Shown: piece by piece, positions 42,458 to 52,630 of the stretch
Position numbering within the stretch: the stretch's first letter is position 1
Layout: the number at the start of each line of letters is the position of its first letter
Assembly: GCA_965219095.1 (NCBI GenBank)
Contig: OZ244719.1
Location: 128,001 to 192,000 of the forward strand
From: Bdellovibrionales bacterium
Lineage (GTDB): Bacteria > Bdellovibrionota > Bdellovibrionia > Bdellovibrionales > UBA1609
Direction of reading: 5' to 3'
Length of the DNA stretch: 64,000 bases
The notes under the pieces: generated by a model
What the model was told of the DNA's origin: nothing
Databases searched by the model: none
Seen by the model: the letters and a program-made list of their open reading frames with translations, nothing else
Program-made: the position numbers and the translations under genes

Positions 42458-43111
42458 TCATTTACCTTCGTAAGATTGTCAGTGGGTATGAAGATGTGGT
42501 TAAAAGAGGAGTTCGTGTTAAAAACCAAAGATCAGCTCTGTTTCGAGCTTCCCATCTTGATGCTAAGAAGCAGACTCAATTAAAACGGGCAGAAGAGATA
42601 TATTTGTTCTAGAAGGCTTAGATAAAGCTATCAGTTCTTATGGGGAGGAGAAAGCACGTTATGAAGCAGAGTTTAAGAGGCTAAGTAAAAAACACAAAGA
42701 TATTAGAAATCTTAGTAGCATTCCAGGAATTGGTTCTATCAAGGCTATCAAGATTGTAGCCAGGGTTGTAGTGCCTCACCAATTTAAACGTAATTCCTGG
42801 TGGAGTGGACTGCGGACTTGTAAAGCTACATAAAATGAGCAGTGGAAGGTCTTATGGAACTAAGAAGTCTAGGTTTTGCCCACAAATGAAAAGTGTTTTT
42901 AAGATAGCTGCACTCTCAGTTATAGGAAATAACAATGAATTTAATGATTTTTATGAAGAATTGATCAAAAAAAATTTACCACCACACACTGCTAGAAATG
43001 CTACCAACTAGAAGAATTGCAGCTTTAACTTTAGGTGTTTTCAAGTCTGGGAAAAAATATAAACCTTATGGAGAACGTAAAAATGTAAATAATAATAAAA
43101 CAACCTTATAA

Positions 43112-45111
43112 AATCATCTGTTTAAAGTTTCTTGCATAGTAAGTAACAATACAAATAATGACTTTATGAGGTGAGGATAGATAGCTTAATTACCTAAATT
43201 CGTGACCAAAAATGTACACTACAAAGCTATAATTTCCCATTTTCCATAAAAATCTCAGTTTTCATAGGGGAATTTTCAATTTTTAGATAAAATCACAAAA
43301 AATAACTTGCCTTGCATTTTCCTTTGTAGTGTAATATATTACACTATATGAGGGAGAAATATGAGCTTTATCAGAAGAATAAAAAGAGGAAAGGTAACAT
43401 ATCTTGCAGAAGTAGAGAACAAAAGGGTTGATGGAAAAGTTATCCAAAAGCATATTCGGTACATCGGGAAGGAAGAGAATGGTGAAACTGTAATTTCAAT
43501 GAGCTCATCTGATCTTGAAATAGAAAAGGTCAAGGTTTATGGTCCTTTGCTTGTTTTAGATAAAATAGCTAGGGAAATAGATTTGCAAAAATCTCTTGGC
43601 CAATACTCCAATGAAATATTAAGCATGGTCTATGCTCACTGTTTAGATTACAAAAGCCTTAGAAAAATGCCAAAATGGTATGAGAGAACAGATTTAAACA
43701 CTTTGCTAAATTTAGAGGATCTAACCGAAAGTCGTTTGCTTTCTGCTCTAGATTCTTTAGAGAGTGATCCAGAAAATTTACAGAAGAAAATATTTCAAGG
43801 TGTTCAGAAAAGGTACAATCTTGAGCTAAAAGGGTTGGTGTACGATGTTACCAATACATACCTTTATGGTAGCAAATGTCAGCTTGGAAAATTAGGAAAG
43901 AGTAAGGATGGGAAACGTGGAAATCCTTTGATTCAAATTGGTTTGGTGACAACTCAAAAAGAAGGAATACCAGTGTTTCATAAAACTTTTAGTGGAAACA
44001 TACACGATAGCAGGACTCTACTAAGTTTATCCGATGGATTTGCAAACTATGGACTAAGTGGAGGAATGTTTGTTTACGACAGAGGCATTTTCTCAGAGAG
44101 AAACCTCAATGAAATCAATGAATTGGGCTGGAATACGCTTTGTGGGATTGCTCTCAGAAAAAAAGAGAAGGATGTGATTAGAAAAATGATAAGGCTAGAC
44201 TCTATTGTTGATGTATCCCATCGCATCAGGTTATCAAGTGGTACCTTGTATGCTCAGAGCATTAATCACAATGTTGGAAAAATCAAAGGACGTTTAGTTG
44301 TTTGTTACAATCAAAGGAGAGCTTTAGATATAAGAGAATCTCGTTTGGACGAAATTGCAAACGCACAAATTCTTTTGTCTAAAAATATAAAACCAGGTTT
44401 GGAAAAATACCTTACTCCAACAGGAAGATTAAGGAGAGATCGGTTGAATTTAGAATCTGAGTTTGATGGTTACTCTTGTATATTTTCTACAAAAAAGATC
44501 TCTGCAAAAGATATTGTTAATTTGTACTATAAGAAAGAGGTAATCGAAAAATTTTTTAGGACCTTAAAGGGAATAACAAATTTGAGACCAATTCGTCATT
44601 GGCTTTACAACAGAGTTCAATCACATGTCTTTATATGCTATTTATCTTGTCTGATACTTTCAATTCTAAAAATGAAGCTTGAAAAGATGCAGATGTCTCC
44701 AGAGGAAGCTCTTGAAGAACTCGGTAGCATGTATAATGTCTATCTTTATGACCGAAAAAATAAAACTAGACTTATCAAAACAGTAGCTTTGAATAAAGTT
44801 CAAGAAAAAATACTAAGATCTATTGGAAAAAGTCTTGTCAAAAAAACGTCCGTCTGTAGTGTACATTTTTGAGCACGAACTTAGGTTAATTAGAGTGATA
44901 TTTATAAAAAATTCATTTCGACGAATAGCACATCCTCTATTCCTGAAATTTACTATAATCTAAGGTTTTAAATCTTCGGAATAAATTCATGATTTAAAAC
45001 TAAAAAAGGTTCAGATAGACGCATAATAGGAATATGTTTGTTTTACAATGTGTAAAGGAAGAGTCATTAAAAAATGGAAAGGAAATGCAGGAAGTTTTCT
45101 CTTAGATGATT
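43112..45111 (+). ncRNA. Putative bridge/seekRNA-like structured RNA in the 3' non-coding end of the IS110-family remnant (43112-43192 + 44893-45111)
   Basis: Nested stems and two hairpins with large internal loops once the IS1634 insertion is removed; TTGACA at 45178 near the element end. Confidence 0.6.
43193..44885 (+). mobile_element. IS1634-family element B, apparently intact (transposase 43361..44872)
   Basis: TIRs CCTAA(A/G)TTCGTG..CAAAAATGTACACTAC, 7-bp TSD TTAATTA, DDE motifs as in element A. Confidence 0.93.
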
Positions 45112-45284
45112 AGAATATTCGTGACCGTATGCAAAAAAAATTTTTTATATTTTTTGTAAATGGAGAAGTGTTTTTTCTTGACATACTTTTTGATAGACAC
45201 TCTAAAAATTTAACAGAGTTTGATTAAAAAGCAAGGAGGCTATGCGTTAAAAGAATGTCGAATTAATTTTTGGAAATGGTATTA

Positions 45285-45590
45285 TAACTACAAACTGGAA
45301 ATAAAGGGGAAGAGCTACTGGACTCAAATGCATACGAGATGGCTTCAAAAGATGGTTTCAGATGAAAAAAAAAATTCTTTTTTAGAAAAGTTTTAGAGAA
45401 TTATTTGTTTCTTTTAGAAAGTTTTTCTACATCTATAGAGAATTTAGAAACAGAGATTCATAAATTCATTTAGACAGAAAAATATAAAAAAAAGGTATTT
45501 TCATTAACTTGTATGAGGGGTGTAGGAGAGATATCGGCTATGACTCTCATAATAGAGATTGGAGACATAAAAAGATTTCCTCGTCCTAAG
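45285..45590 (+). pseudogene. Internal fragment of another IS110-family transposase
   Basis: SYWTQMHTRWL ... LTCMRGVGEISAMTLIIEIGDIKRFPRPK. Confidence 0.7.
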
Positions 45591-45657
45591 TAATTTAAAC
45601 AAAGGAGGGCTTTAAGAACATAAAAACTGTCCACTTTTTTTTTTGGGGGGGGGAAGA

Positions 45658-46908
45658 TGATCTTCCCCCAAAAAAGTGGACAGTTTTTATGTTCTTAAAG
45701 CCCTCCTTTGTTTAAATTCTTTTGGGCTCATGTATTTCAAGGAAGAATGCATTCTTACCTTGTTATACCAATCCATGTAAATTGCAATTTTTTTCTCCAA
45801 CTCTTCCTTTGTTGTACAGTCTTTGTATTCCAGTTCATCCTTCAACGTATGGAAAAAGCTCTCCACAAACGCATTATCATAACAATTTCCTTTCCTAGAC
45901 ATAGATTGCTTGAGGCCAAAGAATTTCAATTCTTTTCTAAACCCTTCACAACAATATTGAACCCCTTGATCCGAGTGGATTATCAAGCCCTCTAAGTTCC
46001 CAGAAACAGATTGGACTGCGGCTCTCAGAGCCTGTTTTGAATGAACCCCGTCCAAGCTCTCACAGAGCTTCCAAGACTTAATCTCTCGATTATAGACATC
46101 TAAAAATACAACCAAATACAGAAATTTATCTCTAAAAGGAATATAGGTTAAATCCGAACACCATACCTGGTTTTCTTTTCCTGCTTGGCTCTGTCCTGTC
46201 TTAAACAACCGAGGAGACTTAATCATGAGAGGGTTATTCTTTGTTGTTCTAGGAACATAGGGTTTTTTCTGACGGGCACTGAGATTCTTTAGTTTCATAA
46301 TTCGAGCTACTTTGTTTTCTCCAGCACTCACTCCGCAACGCTTTAATTCCCTATACACCCTGGGGGAACCATAACAGCCTTTATTTTTTTTAAAAATAGA
46401 TTCTATGTTTTTCTCCAGATTTTTATCCTTTTCAAGCTTTCCCCTGGTTTTTAAAAAACTATAAAAACCAGAACGAGATCCTCTTAATAATTCGCAAATG
46501 CGAAGCACTGGATGCCCTTTCTCTTTTACATAAAACATAGCCTTAAATCTCATTTCAGGATTTCCTTTGAAAAAAAAGCCGCTGCCTCTTTCAATATACC
46601 TACACTCCGCCTCTCATAGACCAGCTCCTTTTTTAACCTCTTTATTTCCTCCAATGCCGAAGCCAAGTCATGGGAAGCTTGTCTTTCTACTTCAGGCTTT
46701 AGAAAACGCTTCCAAGAGCTTATCACTTGGAAATTTCTCAGTCCTAGCTTCTCTGAGGCTTCCTTTGCACCTATTTCCTCTGCCAATTCAATGGCTTGCT
46801 TTTTAAACTCTTCCGAGTACTGTTTTACTTTTTCCATTCTTTCTTTTACCTCCATTTTATGGAGACTTTAAGAGAAAATTGACTGTCCGCAGAAACAGGG
46901 GAAGTTCA
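45658..46908 (-). mobile_element. IS3-family element (orfA 46550..46855, orfB 45687..46553)
   Basis: TG...CA TIRs. YGSPR, WCSDLTYI, HSDQGVQY, GNCYDNAFVESFF and YNKVRMHSSL motifs; ATGA coupling. Confidence 0.93.
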
Positions 46909-47060
46909 GGCTTTCCGCAGAGTCTTTTTATTTCCTCTTGGAAAAGGTCATGGACTAATTTAGTGCTGCTCCTTCAAGCTGCATAGCAATAAGCTGGCGA
47001 ATCTTCTCATGTTTATTTTTTACCATTTGTAACTGAGATTGATATTGTGTATCTTTCATT
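46909..47060 (-). pseudogene. IS256-like transposase N-terminal stub
   Basis: ..LVHDLFQEEIKRLCGK, preceded by a hairpin leader. A related internal fragment lies at ~57130-57329. Confidence 0.5.
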
Positions 47061-47224
47061 TGGGGTTCCCCTCTGGTCTGTTTATAATACCCTGAGTTTA
47101 GCTCAGGGGGAGTCCTTTCTTCAAACCCTAACGGACTTTACGGACAATTTCAAGATTCATTACAGATCATTTAGGATAGATAACAAGTAGGCCTTGAAAC
47201 AATAAATTAGATAGTGTAAATATT

Positions 47225-48775
47225 TTGCTAGGAATTAAACGTAAATACACTTCAAAGAATATGGTAAAAAAAAATAAAATAGAAGAGTTAGAAAAAAAAC
47301 TTTGGGAAGCAGCTTATAGTTTAAGGAAAAATATTGATGCTACTGAGTACAAACATATTGTTTTAGGCTTAATTTTTCTAAAGTATATTTCTGATTCTTT
47401 TGAACAGCACTATAAACAATTAAAAGAAACTCCTCATGCAGACTCAGAGGATCGTGAGGAATATGAAGCAGAAAATGTTTTCTTCGTTCCACCATCAGCA
47501 AGGTGGTCTTATCTTCAATCTCGTACAAAACTTCCCGAAATTGGTAGAGACATTGATTCTGCAATGGATGCTATTGAAGAAGACAATAAATCTCTTAAGG
47601 GAGTTTTACCTAAAGTTTATGCTAAAGGGAATATCGATCCTATCAACTTAGGAAAACTTTTAGACGAGTTCAGTAACATTGACATGAATAAGGCTAAAAA
47701 TAGAAGTACGGATATTCTAGGCTATGTGTTTGAGTATTTCTTAGGGCAATTTGGAATTGCTGAAGGAAAAAAAGGAGGACAGTTTTACACTCCTTGCTCT
47801 ATAGTGAAACTTCTTGTTGAAATGCTTGAACCCTATAAAGGAAAGATTTTTGATCCTTGCTGTGGAACGGGTGGAATGTTTGTCCAATCAGGAGAATTTC
47901 TCAAAGGGCATCAAGGAAAAATAGATGATATTTCAATTTATGGACAAGAAAGCAATCAAACCACTTGGAGGCTAGCTAAAATGAACTTAGCTATTCGTGG
48001 AATAGAAAGCACTCAAATAAAGTGGAATAATGAAGGGTCTTTTTTAAACAATGAACATTTAGATTTAAAAGCCGACTATATTATTGCCAACCCTCCACTT
48101 AATGATTCTGAGTGGAGTGGGAATTTACTTCAAGAAGATAAGCGTTGGAAGTATGGAACTCCTCCAGAGGGAAACGCTAACTACGCTTGGATTCAGCATT
48201 TTATTTACCATTTAAAGCCCAGAGGTGGCCATGCTGGCTTTGTTATGGCTAAAGGATCTCTAACATCAAAGGTTTCAGGTGAAGGAGAAATTAGAAAAAA
48301 TTTAATTGAAGCCGACTTAATAGATTGTATTGTTAACTTGCCCTCAAAGCTCTTTTTAAATACTCAAATATCTGCTTCTTTATGGTTTGTAAGAAGAGGA
48401 AAGGCTTATAGAAAAAAAGAAGTTCTTTTTATTGAAGCTAAAGATTTAGGAAAACTTATAAACCGAAGAAATCGTGAGCTTTTAGATTCTGATATTAAAA
48501 AAATTGTAGACACCTATCATGAATGGAAAAAAGAAAAGGGAAAGTATAGAGATATTAAAGGGTTTTGTGCTTCAACTTCTGTTGAAAAAATTAAAAAACT
48601 TGATTATATTTTAAGTCCCGGCCAATACGTAGAGACTAAAGAAACTCAAGATGACTTTGATTTCTCTCAAAGATTTAAAGAATTAAAAAATGAATTTGAA
48701 AAACAGGTAAAAGAAGAGGCTGTACTTAACAAAAGAATTTTTGATAACTTATCAAAAATAAAGTACGAGGAGTAA
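47225..48775 (+). CDS. hsdM: Type I R-M methyltransferase subunit (likely ATG 47261)
   Basis: LWEAA..LR, LGLIFLKYIS, GKKGGQFYTP, DPCCGTGG, YGQE and NPPL motifs. Confidence 0.93.
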   Translation: MLGIKRKYTSKNMVKKNKIEELEKKLWEAAYSLRKNIDATEYKHIVLGLIFLKYISDSFEQHYKQLKETPHADSEDREEYEAENVFFVPPSARWSYLQSRTKLPEIGRDIDSAMDAIEEDNKSLKGVLPKVYAKGNIDPINLGKLLDEFSNIDMNKAKNRSTDILGYVFEYFLGQFGIAEGKKGGQFYTPCSIVKLLVEMLEPYKGKIFDPCCGTGGMFVQSGEFLKGHQGKIDDISIYGQESNQTTWRLAKMNLAIRGIESTQIKWNNEGSFLNNEHLDLKADYIIANPPLNDSEWSGNLLQEDKRWKYGTPPEGNANYAWIQHFIYHLKPRGGHAGFVMAKGSLTSKVSGEGEIRKNLIEADLIDCIVNLPSKLFLNTQISASLWFVRRGKAYRKKEVLFIEAKDLGKLINRRNRELLDSDIKKIVDTYHEWKKEKGKYRDIKGFCASTSVEKIKKLDYILSPGQYVETKETQDDFDFSQRFKELKNEFEKQVKEEAVLNKRIFDNLSKIKYEE

Positions 48776-48782
48776 TAAGACT

Positions 48783-49184
48783 ATGAATAATGAAGTTAGG
48801 TGGAAACAGCGGTTTCAAAACTTTGAAAAATCTTTTAATCTTTTTCAAAGGAGAATAGACGAATTAGAGAAAAATCAAAAAAGCGAAGCTCATCAGATGG
48901 CACTCGTTCAATCTTTTGAGATATTGTTTGAGTTAGCTAAACTTACTATAAAAGATTATATGGATAATCAGGGGCTAGATGCTGGAACTTTTCCTAAAAA
49001 TATAATAAGAGAAGCTTTTAAAGCAGAGATCATTGCTGATGCTGAAGTTTGGATGAGAGCAATAGATATTAAGACAACTCATGTATATCACGAAAATATT
49101 TTAGAGGAAGTTATAAGTTTTATTCAAGAAAGTTTTTATTCTAAAGTTCGAGATTTTTATCATAGCCTTAAAAAAGAATTATGA
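48783..49184 (+). CDS. HI0074-like HEPN protein (HepT toxin), lacking the catalytic Arg
   Basis: RWKQRFQNF, LVQSFEILFELA, PKNIIREAF and AIDIKTTHVY motifs. Confidence 0.85.
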   Translation: MNNEVRWKQRFQNFEKSFNLFQRRIDELEKNQKSEAHQMALVQSFEILFELAKLTIKDYMDNQGLDAGTFPKNIIREAFKAEIIADAEVWMRAIDIKTTHVYHENILEEVISFIQESFYSKVRDFYHSLKKEL

Positions 49185-50272
49185 AATATGGTCTATCTGA
49201 AGAACAACTTAAAGTTATTGAAGAAGCGTTGAAATCTTTTTCAGAAATAGAACAAGTTATTTTGTTTGGTTCTCGTTCCATAGATACTTTTAGGGAGGCA
49301 TCTGATGTAGATATTGCTATTAAAGGAAAAAAGGCTGATTTTAACTTAGCTTCAGAACTAAAAACTTATTTTGAGGAAAAGACGAACCTTCCCTTTTTCT
49401 TTGATATTATTTCTTACTCGACTATTGAGTCTAAGGAGTTAAAGAAGCATATAAGGCAGAAAGGAAAGGTTATTTATACTAAGGGTTGGAGAGAAGTTAA
49501 GTTGGGATATGTAGCTGATATTCAAAATGGATATGCATTTAAGTCAACAGATTTTTCCAAAGATGATGGGACTATTGTTATTAAAATAAAAAATATTTCT
49601 TCTGGAGGATTAAACTTAGACAGCAAAGCACTTTATTCAAAAAACATAGATCACCTTGAATCTTATAAAGTTCAAGAGGGTGATACTTTAATCGCAATGA
49701 CTGGTTCTCACGTAACTCAACCATCTTCTATGCTAGGGAGATCTATTATATACCAGCTTAAAAATAGAGCATTGTTTAACCAAAGGATTGGTAAAATTTA
49801 TGTGACAAAAGAAAATAAATTGTTAAAGTTTTTTTTAAGCTACTTTTTAAAGCAAGAAAATATTGTTTTTGAATTAGCTTCAAATGCAAGTGGTAGTGCT
49901 AACCAGGCAAATATTTCATCATCCTCAATAAAGTCATTAACTATTTCTCTCCCTCCACTCCCAGAACAAAAAGCCATCGCCGAAATCTTATCTAGCCTTG
50001 ATGATAAAATCGAACTTCTCCACTGTCAGAATAAAACTTTAGAGAATATGGAACAAATTTTGTGTCAAAAGTGGTGGTTTATAGATGATCTTTCAGACTC
50101 ATCAGTTTTAGTTCAAAAAAGAGATTTAGATTTAATGAGTATGAATAAAAAAATAGAACCAATATTTGAAAAGATAATTTTAAATTTCAAGAAAATCCTT
50201 GCTTTAGAGAACCTACGAGACATCCTTTTGCCAAAATTAATGAACGGTTCAATTAGGATAAGAGATTTATGA
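49181..50272 (+). CDS. Fusion of minimal nucleotidyltransferase (MntA-like) and single-TRD HsdS
   Basis: LFGS-X10-DVD, then GWREVKLG..GYAFKS, NQRIG, GSANQANIS, LPPLPEQKAIAEILSSLDDKIE and LRDILLPKLMNG. Confidence 0.88.
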   Translation: MKYGLSEEQLKVIEEALKSFSEIEQVILFGSRSIDTFREASDVDIAIKGKKADFNLASELKTYFEEKTNLPFFFDIISYSTIESKELKKHIRQKGKVIYTKGWREVKLGYVADIQNGYAFKSTDFSKDDGTIVIKIKNISSGGLNLDSKALYSKNIDHLESYKVQEGDTLIAMTGSHVTQPSSMLGRSIIYQLKNRALFNQRIGKIYVTKENKLLKFFLSYFLKQENIVFELASNASGSANQANISSSSIKSLTISLPPLPEQKAIAEILSSLDDKIELLHCQNKTLENMEQILCQKWWFIDDLSDSSVLVQKRDLDLMSMNKKIEPIFEKIILNFKKILALENLRDILLPKLMNGSIRIRDL

Positions 50273-50363
50273 AGAAAGAAAAATTAATTAAAGTTAAAGT
50301 GTAATCAGTTATATTAACATCAACCTCAATATTAGAAAAAACATTCATGTATGTAATGAATTT

Positions 50364-50930
50364 GTAACTGTTCAGAAAAATTCTAGTAAATTGTTGAAAT
50401 TTCACTAAAAGCTCCTAAGCCTATAATGTTATATGATGTTTTTCGTTTAGATTTTCAGATTTTTTGAGTTAGGGTCTAGTTTTTATTCAAAAGTATTGAT
50501 AAATTGTAACAGCTCACCTACATTGTTCAGTTATCCCTAACTTTAGACCTGTTTTAAGATAAAAGTCTTGCTCTTACAGATTTTCTTTTAAATACTTTTT
50601 TCAAATGACAATAAATAAGACCTCCATCAGAAATGAGATTGAAAATATAAGAAGTGACTTTGATAAGCTTGCAAAGAAAGGTTCTGTGCCTACTGAGATT
50701 TCTGTGATTGTTGAATCTCTCTTTAAGGTTGTGAACATTCTGATTGTTGTGTTTTTAGAAAAACAGGTTCGAAAAAATTCCAGCAACAGCGGTCTTCCTC
50801 CTTCGCAAGATTTTAGTCGTCAAGGGAATCGTAATAAGAAAGCTAGTGGGAGTCAGAAAAAGGGTAACTCGGTTTCTTAATAGCCCTTGACCCTACGGAG
50901 GAGGATGTTTCTTAGATTTTCAAGGGGAAG
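50364..50930 (+). mobile_element. Three stacked IS66 fragments (50364-50505; 50506-50863 with transposase stub 50605..; 50864 onward)
   Basis: GTAAC starts at 50364, 50506 and 50864; KNSSNSGLPPSQD motif. Confidence 0.8.
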
Positions 50931-51005
50931 TTTTTATTGATCTTATTATAAAACGTTTTCCTAAGGCTTTCTCTGAAGGATTAAATTTTAATGGTAGCAT
51001 TTTTG

Positions 51006-51043
51006 GGCTCCTCCCGGGAACCCACAGATTCTTTTGAGGAGGC
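51006..51043. repeat. 38-bp fused ISL3 left and right ends
   Basis: GGCTCCTCCCGGGAA joined to CCCACAGATTCTTTTGAGGAGGC. Confidence 0.8.
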
Positions 51044-51269
51044 AAAAAAAATTAAATAAAGTGACCTGGATTAAAGGCTTGAAAATTGTGAAAAAAATTA
51101 CTAGTCAGAACACTAGTATGTCTAAAATCTGGAAGCAATCCAGAAAAATCTAATATATTCAAATACTTATGAATTTTATCGTTTGTTAAAGGGTGAACTC
51201 AGGAAGACCACCTTTCTTCATGAGTTTATGAATATCTATATCTTTTCATAGAAGCTTACAGGCTCCGGC

Positions 51270-51920
51270 TTATAGGCTCTTTAGGTCTGCATGAATTTGC
51301 AAATCACCTTGTGTAGCTTTTTTTATATCTTCTATACTTAGGTCACTTGCTATTTCTTTAAGAACAAATTTGTTGTTAGAAATTTCAAAAACACCATAAT
51401 CAGTAACAACTTTATCAATGCATCTTAAACCTGTTAAAGGAAGTGTGCATTTCTTTAAGAGTTTAGAACTTCCCTTACGATCAGTATGAGTCATAGCTAC
51501 AATAACTTTTTTTGCTCCTGCCACTAAATCCATAGCCCCCCCCATGCCTTTGATCATTTTATTAGGAATCATCCAATTAGCAATACTACCTTCTTGATCC
51601 ACTTCCATAGCTCCTAAAACGGTCAAATCAATATGGCTTCCTCGAATCATACCAAAACTTTCTGCTGAAGAAAAAAAGCTAGCTCCTTTTATAGCGGTTA
51701 CAGTTTGTTTTCCTGCATTTATGAGATCTGGGTCTACTTCTTCTTCTGTAGGAAAGCCTCCCATGCCTAAAAGGCCGTTTTCGCTTTGTAACATAATGTG
51801 TAAGTTTTTAGGTATATAATTGGCAACCAATGTAGGAATACCAATTCCTAAATTCACAGTGAATCCATCTTCAATATCCTGAGCGATTCTTTTAGCAATG
51901 TCTTCTCTTGAAAGAGGCAT
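51270..51920 (-). CDS. scoB: 3-oxoacid CoA-transferase subunit B
   Basis: VNLGIGIPT, LQSENG and KGMGGAMDL motifs. Confidence 0.93.
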   Translation of the reverse strand: MPLSREDIAKRIAQDIEDGFTVNLGIGIPTLVANYIPKNLHIMLQSENGLLGMGGFPTEEEVDPDLINAGKQTVTAIKGASFFSSAESFGMIRGSHIDLTVLGAMEVDQEGSIANWMIPNKMIKGMGGAMDLVAGAKKVIVAMTHTDRKGSSKLLKKCTLPLTGLRCIDKVVTDYGVFEISNNKFVLKEIASDLSIEDIKKATQGDLQIHADLKSL

Positions 51921-51936
51921 ACATAAACTCCTTTCT

Positions 51937-52626
51937 TTATGTTTTTACTATTCTTTGTTCAATTCTCTTTTCAGGTTTTGTGACAACAATTCTTTGAACA
52001 AAAACTCCTGGAGTATGAATTTGGTCAGGGTCAAGTTCTCCTAAAGGAACAATTTCTTCTACTTCTGCAATGGTGAGATGAGAAGCTTGGGCCATAATAG
52101 GATTAAAGTTTCTTGCTGTTTTCGAGTAAATTAAATTCCCATAGGGATCAGCTTTATAGGCTTTGATTAAAGAGGCGTCTGCTTTAATAGCTTTTTCTAG
52201 AACATAAGTTCTTTTGTCAAATTCTTTTATTTCCTTTCCCTCAGCCACTTTTGTTCCTACTCCTGTAGGTGTGTAGAAAGCAGGAATTCCTGCTCCTGCA
52301 GCACGAATTCTTTCAGCCAAAGTTCCTTGAGGACAAAATTCTACTTTTAACTCACCTTCCATGAATTGTTTTGCAAAAAGATCATTTTCTCCCACATAGC
52401 TTGAAATCATTTTTTTCACTTGTTTTGTTTGAAGCAAAAGCCCTAAGCCAAAATCAGTAACTCCTGCATTGTTAGAGACACAGGTTAAGTTTTTGACATT
52501 TTTTTCTTTTAAAGTCTCAATGAGTTTTTCAGGAATACCACAAAGACCAAAGCCTCCCACTAGTAAGGTCATATTATCATAAATATCATGGAGGGCTTCT
52601 AAAGGCGTTTCGTAGATTTTGTTCAT
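51937..52626 (-). CDS. scoA: 3-oxoacid CoA-transferase subunit A
   Basis: GGFGLCGIPE, PQGTLAERIRA and TARNFNP motifs. Confidence 0.93.
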   Translation of the reverse strand: MNKIYETPLEALHDIYDNMTLLVGGFGLCGIPEKLIETLKEKNVKNLTCVSNNAGVTDFGLGLLLQTKQVKKMISSYVGENDLFAKQFMEGELKVEFCPQGTLAERIRAAGAGIPAFYTPTGVGTKVAEGKEIKEFDKRTYVLEKAIKADASLIKAYKADPYGNLIYSKTARNFNPIMAQASHLTIAEVEEIVPLGELDPDQIHTPGVFVQRIVVTKPEKRIEQRIVKT

Positions 52627-52630
52627 TACT

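Larger units (their letters stand above)
39530..43111 (+). pseudogene. IS110-family recombinase pseudogene interrupted by IS1634
   Basis: PKTDKIDAEKLVLLLRSG continues after the insertion as FIYLRKIVSGYE..KNQ; later LSSIPGIG..CGL..SSG; several frameshifts. Confidence 0.85.

Noticed and set aside
45592..45718. ~60-bp inverted duplication of the IS3 right end as a functional hairpin
   Set aside because: Distorted T/G homopolymers suggest a head-to-head IS remnant or an assembly artefact.
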